A DNA stretch of 64,000 bases. Origin: an uncultured Acidobacteriota bacterium (GTDB taxonomy: Bacteria > Acidobacteriota > Polarisedimenticolia > Polarisedimenticolales > DASRJG01). Every line of letters starts with the position of its first letter. The first letter of the stretch is position 1. Under the pieces are notes generated by a model. That model did not search any database. It was not told where the DNA came from and saw only the letters and a list, made by a program, of their open reading frames with translations. The stretch covers positions 69,530-133,529 of the forward strand of contig CAYLHQ010000001.1 in the NCBI GenBank assembly GCA_964383585.1. Direction: 5' to 3'. Both the position numbers and the translations under genes were made by a program. This document shows positions 19,947-29,021 of the stretch, piece after piece.

Positions 19947-21119
19947 ATGCGACACCCCATTCGACGGGGATGGCCGACCGCGGCCCTCGTCCTCGCCGTT
20001 CTCGTCTCGGCGACGTCCTGCGAGGACTCCGACCTGACCGCCCCCGGGGACGGCTCGCTCACGCTCAAGGCGAACCCGTCCACGGTCGTCATCGACTCGA
20101 ACCGGCTCGTCGAGGACCCCCCCGGCTCGGGAATCTTCGTGCCGCAGACGAAGGGCTCGACGACGCTGATCGCGCAGGTCTTCGACGCCGAGGGGAGGGC
20201 CCTTCCGAACATCGCGGTCCTCTTCACGACGTCGGCCGGAACGCTCAGCACCGGGGGGCAGGGGGGAGATCCGGTTTCGCCGGTGGAGACCGACCAAAAC
20301 GGGATCGCGCAGGCGGTTCTCACGATCGCCTCGACCGACCCCGCGGACATCTTGGTACGGGCCACGTCGTCCGCCCTGACGACCGAGATCACCGTGAAGA
20401 GGAGCCTCGTCGCGGCCAACCAGCCGCCGACCGCGGTCGTGATCGCGGCTCCGCAAAACAAGCAGGCGATCGGCGAGCCCGTCGTCTTCGACGGGACCTC
20501 GTCGCTCGATCCGGACGACGACCTGATCACCATGTACCGCTGGACGATCACCTCCACGAACCCCGACCCGGGAAGGGGGAACCCTTACGTGGTGGAAGAC
20601 CCGGCCGCGTCGGGGCTCGACCTCGTCTTCACGAACGTCCAGAACCTCGTCGTGACCCTCCAGGTCACGGACGATCCGGACGCGCAGCGCCTCAAGCAGC
20701 AAGGGTTCCCGATCCCATACAGTCCGAACCAGGACACGCTCCTCTACGAGATCCAGCGGTGCGCCGTGAACGAGGCGCCGATCGCTTCGATCGAGGGGAC
20801 CGACCCGATCCAGGCCTCCGCGGCCGCGGGACAGAACGTGACCGTCCCCCTCAACGGGTCGAACTCCCGCGACCCGGAGCAATTCCCTCTCGAGACGTAC
20901 ACCTGGACCTGCGGGAACAACTCCCTTCCCCAGGTTCAGGGGCAGCCGATCGTCGCATGCACGTACCGGGTGCAGAGCGTGGCGGTGGAGTACGAGGCGA
21001 CCCTCGTCGTGACCGACCGCGGTTCGACCGGGCAGATCGACCCCGTGCTCGGGACCTACTGCGACCAGAAGTCGTCGACGCCCGCGGTCCGGAAGATCCG
21101 GATCTCGCCGCTGCAATGA
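19947..21119 (+). CDS. Lipoprotein with a Big_1-like Ig domain and two PKD-like domains
   Basis: ATG at 19947 preceded by GGAGG. Lipobox LVSATSC. Ig-like segment (TLIAQVFDAEGRALPNIAVLFTTSAGTL...DQNGIAQAVLT). Two PKD-like segments (VVFDGTSSLDPDDDLITMYRWTI and VPLNGSNSRDPEQFPLETYTWTC). Confidence 0.65.
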   Translation: MRHPIRRGWPTAALVLAVLVSATSCEDSDLTAPGDGSLTLKANPSTVVIDSNRLVEDPPGSGIFVPQTKGSTTLIAQVFDAEGRALPNIAVLFTTSAGTLSTGGQGGDPVSPVETDQNGIAQAVLTIASTDPADILVRATSSALTTEITVKRSLVAANQPPTAVVIAAPQNKQAIGEPVVFDGTSSLDPDDDLITMYRWTITSTNPDPGRGNPYVVEDPAASGLDLVFTNVQNLVVTLQVTDDPDAQRLKQQGFPIPYSPNQDTLLYEIQRCAVNEAPIASIEGTDPIQASAAAGQNVTVPLNGSNSRDPEQFPLETYTWTCGNNSLPQVQGQPIVACTYRVQSVAVEYEATLVVTDRGSTGQIDPVLGTYCDQKSSTPAVRKIRISPLQ

Positions 21120-21796
21120 AGCGGCGGGGTGAGCGCGGCGGCGTCCTCGCGGCCCTCATGGTCGCGATCGCCGTGATGGGGATCCTGACGGCGGTCGCGG
21201 CGCAGTGGTGGTCCGACGTCAAGCGGCGGGACGACGAGGCGGAGATGATCTTCCGGGCGCGCGAGATCGCGCGCGGGATTCTCGCTTACCGGAAAGACCG
21301 GGGCGCGCTCCCCACCAAGCTCGAGCAGCTCCTGGAGCCGGGGAACAAGGGGCAGTACTTCTTGCGGAGGGAGTACAAGGATCCGCTCGTCAAGGACGGG
21401 AAGTGGGGCCTTCTCTTCGCCGGTCCGGCGGGAAACGTGTTCGACCCCAACTCCTCGACGCCGCTCGACCCGGGACAGCTCCCCATGGGCGAAGCGCCGG
21501 CGCAGGACAATCCCGGCGGGCTCGGGACGCTCCAGCGGAGCGCGGGATCGGGCCAGGAAGTCGGGGGCCTCCCGATCGTGGGCGTGAAGTCACTCTGCAA
21601 GGACGAGCCCTTCCGGATCCTCGACGAGAAGACGAAGTACGCCGACTGGCAGTTCCACATCTTCCAGCTCGAGGGGACCGCGGGACAGCCGGGAGCGCCG
21701 GGTCAGCCCGGAAGGCCCGGGAGGCCGGGCGGGGGCCGGCCCGGTTCCCCCGCGGGGGTGCGGCCGGGCGGCGGCGTTCCGGGAAGCGGGAACTGA
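21116..21796 (+). CDS. Pseudopilin-like protein (no Glu+5) with a collagen-like Gly-X-Y / Gly-Pro-rich tail
   Basis: ATGA overlap with the upstream gene. MKRRGERGG/VLAALMVAIAVMGILTAV is a pilin-like hydrophobic N-terminus. The C-terminus reads GQPGAPGQPGRPGRPGGGRPGSPAGVRPGGGVPGSGN. Confidence 0.45.
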   Translation: MKRRGERGGVLAALMVAIAVMGILTAVAAQWWSDVKRRDDEAEMIFRAREIARGILAYRKDRGALPTKLEQLLEPGNKGQYFLRREYKDPLVKDGKWGLLFAGPAGNVFDPNSSTPLDPGQLPMGEAPAQDNPGGLGTLQRSAGSGQEVGGLPIVGVKSLCKDEPFRILDEKTKYADWQFHIFQLEGTAGQPGAPGQPGRPGRPGGGRPGSPAGVRPGGGVPGSGN

Positions 21797-21819
21797 CGCG
21801 GGGGGGCCGCCGCACCGGG

Positions 21820-21828
21820 TGCTATACT
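21820..21828 (+). promoter_or_regulatory. Candidate extended -10 promoter element (TGcTATACT) upstream of the M16 peptidase gene
   Basis: TGCTATACT at 21820-21828 lies in the 65-nt gap before the GTG at 21862. I found no convincing -35 element. Confidence 0.3.
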
Positions 21829-21861
21829 CGCGCTCCTTCGAACTCCGGCTGCTTCCCGAAG

Positions 21862-23148
21862 GTGATTCAAACGCACGACCGCACACGGATCCGGAAGGAC
21901 CGTCTCGCCAACGGCATCACGGTCCTCACGGAGCGCATCCCCCACGTGCGCTCCGTCTCGCTCGGGGTGTGGCTCCGTTCGGGGAGCCGGCACGAGCCGG
22001 CACCGATGAACGGGATCTCCCACTTCATCGAGCACCTCGTCTTCAAGGGTACGGCGACCCGCACCGCCCGCGACATCGCGCTCGCCGTCGACTCGATCGG
22101 GGGGCAAATCGACGCCTTCACGACGAAGGAGTACACCTGCTTTTACGCGAAGGTCCTCGACACCCATCTCTCCGACGCGGTCGAACTCCTCGCCGACATC
22201 GTCCGCAACCCGAAGTTCGATCCGGAGGAAATGGAGCGGGAGCGCGGGGTGATCCTCGAGGAGATCCGCATGGTCGAGGACAGCCCGGAGGAGCTCGTCT
22301 ACGACCTCTTCGCGGAGCGCTTCTACCCGCGGCACCCGCTCGGACGTCCGATCCAGGGAACGGAGCGGACGGTCTCCGCCCTGACCCGGGCGCGGGTTTC
22401 CGGGTACTTCCGCCGAGCGTACCTCCCCGCGAACATGCTCGTCGTCGCCGCGGGGAACGTCCGCCATGGCCGCCTGCTCCGCCTCCTCGACCGCCGCCTC
22501 GGAGCGGTTCCGAGGGGGAGGAACGCCTACGGGATCGGGCCGCCCGCGACGGGACGGCCCGCGATCGTGAAACGGGAGAAACGGGACCTCGAGCAGGTGC
22601 ACCTTCTGATGGGGTGGAACGCCTTCCCCGAGCACGCTCGGGAGCGTTACCCGCTGTACGTCCTCAACACGATCCTCGGGGGGGCGATGTCCTCCCGCCT
22701 CTTCCAAAAGGTCCGGGAGGAGCGGGGGCTCGCCTACAGCGTCTACTCGGCACTCCACACGTTCCACGACACCGGGGCGCTCCTGGTCTACGCCGCGACG
22801 AGCCCGGAGCGGGGGGACGAGGTGATCGATCTCGTCGGCTCGGAGCTCCGGGATCTCTCCGAGCGCGGGCCCGACCCGAGGGAAGTCGAGGTGGCGCGTG
22901 AGCACCTCAAGGGGAGCGTTATGCTCTCCCTCGAATCGACCTCGTCCCGCATGTCCCACCTCGCCCGGCAGGAGATCTACGAGGGGCGCCAGTACGGGCT
23001 CGAGGAGGTCCTCCGCGGGATCGACGGCGTGACGCCGGGTCGGGTCCACGGAGCGGCCCGGAAGATCCTCGCGCGGGGGCAGGGGGCGCTCGCCGCCGTG
23101 GGACGGGTGCGCGCGCTCCGGAAGGCGGGAAGGGGGCTCGCCCCGTGA
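21862..23148 (+). CDS. M16 family (insulinase/pitrilysin-like) zinc peptidase
   Basis: Inverted zinc motif HFIEHLVFKG, plus EEIRMVEDSP and typical M16 N- and C-terminal halves. GTG start at 21862. Confidence 0.85.
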   Translation: MIQTHDRTRIRKDRLANGITVLTERIPHVRSVSLGVWLRSGSRHEPAPMNGISHFIEHLVFKGTATRTARDIALAVDSIGGQIDAFTTKEYTCFYAKVLDTHLSDAVELLADIVRNPKFDPEEMERERGVILEEIRMVEDSPEELVYDLFAERFYPRHPLGRPIQGTERTVSALTRARVSGYFRRAYLPANMLVVAAGNVRHGRLLRLLDRRLGAVPRGRNAYGIGPPATGRPAIVKREKRDLEQVHLLMGWNAFPEHARERYPLYVLNTILGGAMSSRLFQKVREERGLAYSVYSALHTFHDTGALLVYAATSPERGDEVIDLVGSELRDLSERGPDPREVEVAREHLKGSVMLSLESTSSRMSHLARQEIYEGRQYGLEEVLRGIDGVTPGRVHGAARKILARGQGALAAVGRVRALRKAGRGLAP

Positions 23149-23606
23149 GCGGAAAGGAGCCCGTCCGGGTCCGGGTCCGTCGACTCGGCGGACGGAGCGG
23201 CGCTTCGCTCCCGGAGCGGGCGACCGCGCACGCGGCCGGGTTCGATCTCCGGGCCGACGTGCCCGGGGACCTCGTCGTCCCGCCCGGCGGACGGGTCGCC
23301 GTTCCGACCGGTCTCGCGCTCGAGATTCCGGAGGGGTACGAAGGGCAGGTCCGGCCGCGGAGCGGGCTCGCCATCCGTCACGGGCTCACGCTTGCGAACG
23401 CCCCGGGGACGATCGACGCCGACTACCGCGGGGAGGTGAAGGTCCTGCTCGTGAACCTCGGATCGGAGGCGGTCACGATCCGCCCGGGAGACCGGATCGC
23501 GCAGCTCGTCGTCCACCGCCTGCCGGAGGTCGTGCTCGTCGAGGCCGATGCGCTCCGGGAGACCGGGCGGGGAAGCGGCGGCTTCGGCCATACCGGAGAG
23601 CGGTGA
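23145..23606 (+). CDS. dut: dUTP diphosphatase
   Basis: AAGFDLRA, RSGLA, GTIDADYRGEV and C-terminal GGFGHTG motifs. Confidence 0.95.
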   Translation: MSGKEPVRVRVRRLGGRSGASLPERATAHAAGFDLRADVPGDLVVPPGGRVAVPTGLALEIPEGYEGQVRPRSGLAIRHGLTLANAPGTIDADYRGEVKVLLVNLGSEAVTIRPGDRIAQLVVHRLPEVVLVEADALRETGRGSGGFGHTGER

Positions 23607-23607
23607 G

Positions 23608-24387
23608 ATGGGGGTGCGCCTCGTTCCTCTGGGAAGCGGCTCCGCGGGGAACGCCACGCTCGTCGAGTTCGGCGAGGTCCGGCTCCTCGTCGATGCGGGC
23701 CTCTCCGCGCGGACGCTGGCGGCGCGCCTCGAGGCCGTCGGGGTCGCCCCCGGAGGCGTGCGCGCGGTCCTCCTCTCGCACGAGCACCGGGACCACGCGC
23801 AGGGAGCCTCCCGGTATTCGCTCCGGCACCGGGTTCCCGTCGCCTCGACCGTCGAGGCGCTCGAGGCGCTCGACCTCCCGCCGACGGAATTCGCCCGGTG
23901 GGTTCCCTTCGAGCCGGGACGCCCGTTCGAGGTTGCCGGGGTTCGGGTGCATCCCTTTCCGGTCCCCCACGACGCCGCGAACCCGGTGGGGTTCGTCCTC
24001 GAGTCGAACGGGGCCCGCATCGGCGTCGTCACCGACCTCGGCCACGCCACGACCCTCGTCGCCGAGCGGCTGCGCGGGTGCCACGTCGTCATGGTCGAGG
24101 CGAACCACGACGACCGCCTCCTCCGGGATGGCCCGTACCCCTGGCACCTGAAGCAGCGGATCGGGGGGCGGATGGGCCACCTCTCGAACGACGAGGCGGC
24201 GGCTCTGCTCGTGGAAGCGGTCGGGGACGACTGCCGCGCGGTCGTCCTCGCCCACCTGTCGGAGAAGAACAACGATGCCCGGATCGCCCGCAGCGCCGTG
24301 GCCGAACGGCTCGCCCGGGCGGGCCACCGCCGCTTCGCGATGCGGGTCGCGGAGCGGGCCCGGCCCACGCCTCCCGTGGAGATCTAG
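23608..24387 (+). CDS. MBL-fold metallo-hydrolase (YycJ/WalJ-like)
   Basis: LGSGSAGNATLVE...LLVDAGLS...LLSHEHRDH (HxHxDH motif) and C-terminal AHLSEKNN. Confidence 0.75.
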   Translation: MGVRLVPLGSGSAGNATLVEFGEVRLLVDAGLSARTLAARLEAVGVAPGGVRAVLLSHEHRDHAQGASRYSLRHRVPVASTVEALEALDLPPTEFARWVPFEPGRPFEVAGVRVHPFPVPHDAANPVGFVLESNGARIGVVTDLGHATTLVAERLRGCHVVMVEANHDDRLLRDGPYPWHLKQRIGGRMGHLSNDEAAALLVEAVGDDCRAVVLAHLSEKNNDARIARSAVAERLARAGHRRFAMRVAERARPTPPVEI

Positions 24388-24396
24388 GAGAACGAC

Positions 24397-25695
24397 GTGA
24401 TTCCGCGTTACACGCGACCCGAGATGGCCGAACTCTGGAGCGACCGGAGCCGGTGGTCCGCGTGGCTCGAGGTGGAACTCGCCGTCTGCGAGGCGCTCGC
24501 CGCGAGGGGGATGGTTCCCGCGGAGGATCTCGCGACGATCCGGGAGCGTGCCGGTTTCGACCCGGCCCGCATCGAGGCGATCGAGGCCGAAGTCAAGCAC
24601 GACGTCATCGCCTTCCTCACGAGCGTCGCCGAGACCGTGGGGCCGGCGTCGCGGCACATCCACTACGGGCTCACCTCCTCGGACGTGGTCGACACGGCGC
24701 AGGCCCTCCTCCTCGTGCGCGCGGCCGACCGGATCCTCGACGGGGTGGGGAGGCTCCTCGAGGTCCTCGAGCGCCAGGCGCGCGCCCACCGCGCGACGGT
24801 GCTGGTCGGCCGGACGCACGGGATCCACGCCGAGCCGTACACCCTCGGGCTCAAGTTCGCCGGCTGGTTCGCGGAGATGGCCCGGAACCGCGGACGGATC
24901 CGGGCAGCGCGGGAGGAGATCCGCGTCGGGAAGATCTCCGGGGCGGTGGGGACCTACGCCCATCTCGGCCCCGACGTCGAGGTCGAGGTCCTCCACCGCC
25001 TCGGGCTCGAGCCCGAGACGGTGTCGACGCAGGTCGTCGCCCGCGACCGGCACGCGGTCTTCGTGTCGGCGCTCGGGGTGCTCGCCTCATCGATCGACCG
25101 GATCGCGACCGAGATCCGCCACCTGCAGAGGACCGACGTCCGCGAGGTCGAGGAGCCGTTCTCCGCGGGGCAGAAGGGTTCCTCCGCCATGCCGCACAAG
25201 CGGAACCCGATCGGGTGCGAGAACCTCTCGGGGCTCGCGCGCATCGTCCGATCGTACGTGCAAGCCGCTCTCGAGAACGTTCCGCTCTGGCACGAGCGGG
25301 ACATCTCCCACTCGTCGGTCGAACGCGTCATCCTCCCCGACGCGACGATCCTGTGCGACACGATGCTCGCGAGGCTCACCGGGATCCTCGACGGACTCCT
25401 CGTCTACCCCGAGGCGATGCGGGCGAACCTCGAGAAGACGCGGGGGCTGGTCTTCTCGCAAGCCGTCCTCCTCGCGCTGGCGAGGGCGGGGATGACGCGG
25501 GAGGACGCCTACCGGATCGTCCAGACGCACGCGATGGCGGTCTGGAGGGGCGAAGGAAGCTTCCGGGAGCGCCTCGCGGCGGACCCGGAGGTACGACGCG
25601 TGCTTTCCGACGCGGAGCTCGCCGGATGTTTCGACCCCGAACGGTCTTTGCGGCACGTCGACGTCATCTACGAAAGGGTCTTCGGCCGAGTCTAG
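24397..25695 (+). CDS. purB: Adenylosuccinate lyase
   Basis: MIPRYTRPEM...W N-terminus and the GSSAMPHKRNP signature loop. Confidence 0.95.
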   Translation: MIPRYTRPEMAELWSDRSRWSAWLEVELAVCEALAARGMVPAEDLATIRERAGFDPARIEAIEAEVKHDVIAFLTSVAETVGPASRHIHYGLTSSDVVDTAQALLLVRAADRILDGVGRLLEVLERQARAHRATVLVGRTHGIHAEPYTLGLKFAGWFAEMARNRGRIRAAREEIRVGKISGAVGTYAHLGPDVEVEVLHRLGLEPETVSTQVVARDRHAVFVSALGVLASSIDRIATEIRHLQRTDVREVEEPFSAGQKGSSAMPHKRNPIGCENLSGLARIVRSYVQAALENVPLWHERDISHSSVERVILPDATILCDTMLARLTGILDGLLVYPEAMRANLEKTRGLVFSQAVLLALARAGMTREDAYRIVQTHAMAVWRGEGSFRERLAADPEVRRVLSDAELAGCFDPERSLRHVDVIYERVFGRV

Positions 25696-25743
25696 AATGG
25701 AGGGCGCCCCGAACGGCGTCCCGGGGAAGCGGAGGGGAACGGC

Positions 25744-27129
25744 GTGTGCGGCATCGTCGGTGTGTTCGGCCACCCCGAAGCCTCGAACCTGGCCTACCTC
25801 GGCCTCTACGCGCTGCAGCACCGAGGGCAGGAGAGCGCGGGGATCGTCAGCGCCGACCACGACGTCTTCTACCGGCGGGCCGGGATGGGGCAGGTCGCGG
25901 ACACGTTCTCGAGGTCGGTTCTCGACGAGCTTCCCGGCCGGGCGGCGATCGGGCACGTGCGGTACTCGACGGCCGGGGATTCCGAGCCGGCGAACGCGCA
26001 GCCGTTCCTCCTGCGCCATCACCGGGGGCCGATCGCGGTCGGCCACAACGGCAACCTGGTGGATGCCGCGATCGTGAGGGCCGACCTCGAGGGGGAAGGG
26101 GCGATCTTCCAGACGACGACCGACACGGAGGTTCTCCTCCATCTCGTCGCCCGGTCCCGCGAAAGCGACGTCGTCGACGCGATCGTGCAGGCGCTCCGCC
26201 AGGTGCGCGGCGCCTACTCCCTCCTGTTCCTCGTGCCGGGGCGCCTCATCGCCGTGCGGGACCCCCACGGCTTCCGTCCCCTCCTTCTCGGAAAACTCGG
26301 AGCCGCCTGGGTCCTCGCGAGCGAAACCTGCGCCTTCGACTTGCTGGGGGCCCAGGTCGTCCGCGAGCTCGAGCGGGGGGAGGTCCTGGTCGTCGACGTC
26401 GCGGGGGCGCACAGCTTCCGTCCGCTCGAGCCGGCGCGCCCTGCCCCTTGCGCCTTCGAGCACGTTTATTTCTCGAGGCCCGACAGCCGGGTTTTCGGTC
26501 GATCGGTCCACGCCGTGCGCAGGCGCCTCGGTGCCCAACTCTGGCGGGAGCAGCCGGCCGACGTCGACCTCGTCGTCCCCGTTCCGGACTCGGGGATGTT
26601 CGCCGCGATGGGGTACGCGTCGGAAGGGGGGAAGCCGTTCGAGATGGGCCTCGTCCGCAACCACTACGTCGGCAGGACGTTCATCCAGCCGTCCCAGGCG
26701 ATCCGGAACTTCGGGGTCCGGGTGAAGCTCAACCCGGTGCGGGAGGCCCTCCGGGGAAAGCGGATCGCCCTGATCGACGACTCGATCGTCCGAGGGACGA
26801 CGAGCCGGAAAATCGTCCAGATGTGCCGGGACGCGGGAGCGACGCAGGTCCACCTCCGCATCTCCTGCCCGCCGACCGTCGGTCCCTGCTTCTACGGGAT
26901 CGACACGCCGAAGCGGGAGGAGCTGATCGCCTCCCGGCATCCGGTCGAAGAGATCCGGATCTTCACGGGGGCGGATTCCCTCGGCTACCTCAGCCTCGAG
27001 GGCCTCTTGCGATCGCTCGAGGCCGGGCCCGACGACGTCTGCACCGCCTGCTGGACCGACCGGCACCCGGTCGCGCTTCCGCGCGCGGAGGCGGAGCAGC
27101 TGCGGCTTTTCGAGAAGGGGAGGCGCTGA
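25744..27129 (+). CDS. purF: Amidophosphoribosyltransferase
   Basis: N-terminal nucleophile MCGIVG, YALQHRGQESAGI, and the PRTase motif ALIDDSIVRGTT. Confidence 0.95.
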   Translation: MCGIVGVFGHPEASNLAYLGLYALQHRGQESAGIVSADHDVFYRRAGMGQVADTFSRSVLDELPGRAAIGHVRYSTAGDSEPANAQPFLLRHHRGPIAVGHNGNLVDAAIVRADLEGEGAIFQTTTDTEVLLHLVARSRESDVVDAIVQALRQVRGAYSLLFLVPGRLIAVRDPHGFRPLLLGKLGAAWVLASETCAFDLLGAQVVRELERGEVLVVDVAGAHSFRPLEPARPAPCAFEHVYFSRPDSRVFGRSVHAVRRRLGAQLWREQPADVDLVVPVPDSGMFAAMGYASEGGKPFEMGLVRNHYVGRTFIQPSQAIRNFGVRVKLNPVREALRGKRIALIDDSIVRGTTSRKIVQMCRDAGATQVHLRISCPPTVGPCFYGIDTPKREELIASRHPVEEIRIFTGADSLGYLSLEGLLRSLEAGPDDVCTACWTDRHPVALPRAEAEQLRLFEKGRR

Positions 27130-27199
27130 GGTTGCACGGACGAAACGGGGTTCGGCCGGGAGCGTGCCCGGCCCCTCCCCGAGAACCTAGGATGACCCC

Positions 27200-28249
27200 A
27201 TGAACTCCGCGGACGAATCCCGAGGCTTCACCTACCGCGACGCGGGCGTCGACATCGACGCGCAGGACGAAGCGCTCCGCCGGATCGGGAAGATGCTTCG
27301 CGCCACCCGCACGCCGGGGGTGCTGACCGACCTCGGGTCGTTCGGGGGGATGTTCGCCCCCGACCTGCGCGGCTTCGAGAGGCCGGTTCTCGTGGCCTCC
27401 GCGGACGGAGTGGGAACGAAGCTCAAGGTCGCCTTCCTGACGGGGGTCCACCACACGGTCGGCCGCGACCTCGTGAACCACTGCGTCAACGACATTCTCG
27501 TGCAGGGGGCCCGGCCCCTCTTCTTCCTCGATTACGTCGCGACGGGACGGCTCGAGCCGGCGGTGCTCGCCTCGATCGTCGAGGGGATCGCCTCGGGGTG
27601 CCGCGAGAACGGTTGCGCTCTCCTCGGGGGCGAGACCGCGGAGATGCCGGGGTTTTACCGCGAAGGGGAGTACGACGTCGCGGGGTTCGTCGTCGGCCTC
27701 GTCGACCGGGGGAAGATCCTCGACGGGAGCGCGATCCGTCCGGGAGACCTCCTCGTCGGCCTTCCGTCCGCGGGGCTCCACACGAACGGCTACTCGCTCG
27801 CGCGGAAGATCGTCTTCGACACGCTCGGGCTCGGCGCGGGGGATCGCGTCGAGGAACTCGGCGGAACGATCGGCGAGGTCCTCCTCGCCGAGCACCGATC
27901 CTACCTCCGCGCCCTCTCCCCGGCGCTCGACGCCGGCCTCGTCAAGGGTCTCGCCCACGTCACCGGAGGGGGGATCACGGACAACCTCCCGCGGATTCTC
28001 CCGGCCGGCACTTGCGCCGAGGTCCGGCGCGGCTCGTGGCCGGTCCTCCCCGTCTTCGAGTGGCTCGCGCGTCACGGGCGCGTGGCTCCCGACGAGATGG
28101 CCCGGACGTTCAACATGGGGATCGGCATGGTCTGCGTGACCGGCCCCGGGGAGATCGACGCCCTGGAGCGCGCGCTCACGGAGGCGGGGGAGACTCCGCA
28201 CCGGATCGGCCGGATCGTCGCGGGAACCCCGTCGGTCGTTTATGTCTGA
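27200..28249 (+). CDS. purM: Phosphoribosylformylglycinamidine cyclo-ligase (AIR synthetase)
   Basis: YRDAGVDID, DGVGTKL, DLVNHCVNDILVQGA and LAHVTGGG. Confidence 0.95.
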   Translation: MNSADESRGFTYRDAGVDIDAQDEALRRIGKMLRATRTPGVLTDLGSFGGMFAPDLRGFERPVLVASADGVGTKLKVAFLTGVHHTVGRDLVNHCVNDILVQGARPLFFLDYVATGRLEPAVLASIVEGIASGCRENGCALLGGETAEMPGFYREGEYDVAGFVVGLVDRGKILDGSAIRPGDLLVGLPSAGLHTNGYSLARKIVFDTLGLGAGDRVEELGGTIGEVLLAEHRSYLRALSPALDAGLVKGLAHVTGGGITDNLPRILPAGTCAEVRRGSWPVLPVFEWLARHGRVAPDEMARTFNMGIGMVCVTGPGEIDALERALTEAGETPHRIGRIVAGTPSVVYV

Positions 28250-28856
28250 AGGGCGCGTCGGCATCCTCGTGTCGGGGCGCGGGTCGAACATGGTCGCGCT
28301 CGTCGAGGCGGCGCGCGCCGGGTCGATCGCCGCCGTCCCCGCGATCGTCCTCGCGAACGTACCGGGCGCCCCCGCGCTCGCGCGGGCGACGGCCTGGGGA
28401 GTCCCCACCGCCGTCGTCGACCACCGGTCGTTCGAGTCCCGCCGAGCCCACGAGGAGGCCGTGGCCGCGATCCTCGAGGAGCACCGCGTCGATCTCGTCT
28501 GCCTCGCGGGGTACATGCGACTCCTCTCGCCGTGGCTCGTCGGAAGGTTCCGGGGGCGGCTGCTCAACGTCCATCCCGCGCTCCTCCCGGCCTTTCCAGG
28601 CCTCGACGCCCAGGCGCAAGCTCTCGAACACGGGGTCAAGGTCTCGGGGTGCACCGTCCACTTCGTCGACGAGGAGTGCGACCACGGACCGATCGTCCTC
28701 CAAGCCGCGGTTCCGGTGCGGGAAGACGACACGGTCGATTCTCTCTCCGCGCGGATCCTCGAGGAAGAGCACCGGATCTACCCCGAGGCGGTGCGGCTCT
28801 ACTTCGACGGCCGTCTGAAGATCGAGGGGAGGCGCGTCCGCATCCTTCCCGGCTGA
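28242..28856 (+). CDS. purN: Phosphoribosylglycinamide formyltransferase
   Basis: GILVSGRGSN, LLNVHPALLPAFPG and SGCTVHFVDEECDHGPI. Confidence 0.95.
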   Translation: MSEGRVGILVSGRGSNMVALVEAARAGSIAAVPAIVLANVPGAPALARATAWGVPTAVVDHRSFESRRAHEEAVAAILEEHRVDLVCLAGYMRLLSPWLVGRFRGRLLNVHPALLPAFPGLDAQAQALEHGVKVSGCTVHFVDEECDHGPIVLQAAVPVREDDTVDSLSARILEEEHRIYPEAVRLYFDGRLKIEGRRVRILPG

Positions 28857-29021
28857 GACGCTCGGTCCCGTCCCGCCTCCTCCGGAATCGCCTCGATGAT
28901 CGTCCTCGACGAGGAACTCCTCTCCGACCCGGCATCGTCGTCCGTGCGTCTCGACCCCCTCGGTCCGTCCGCCGACGCCACCCTCCCTCTCCCGCGGGCG
29001 CCCGACGCGCTCCTCCGGGCG

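Noticed and set aside
16251-21796. Tandem repeats (the RAEEEARR-coding repeat and the GXY-coding repeat) as CRISPR-like or non-coding repeat arrays
   Set aside because: Both lie inside well-supported ORFs and are degenerate. They have no spacer-like unique segments and encode low-complexity protein linkers.
25696-27199. Purine riboswitch or attenuator upstream of purF or purM
   Set aside because: The gaps are 48 and 70 nt. I see only a short GCCGGG/CCCGGC hairpin (about 27155-27172) and nothing resembling the purine riboswitch three-way junction.
23898-27203. 1101-aa plus-strand ORF spanning purB and purF in another frame
   Set aside because: It is an out-of-frame overlap with two unmistakable purine genes. 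The product is arginine/proline/glycine-rich and carries no motif.
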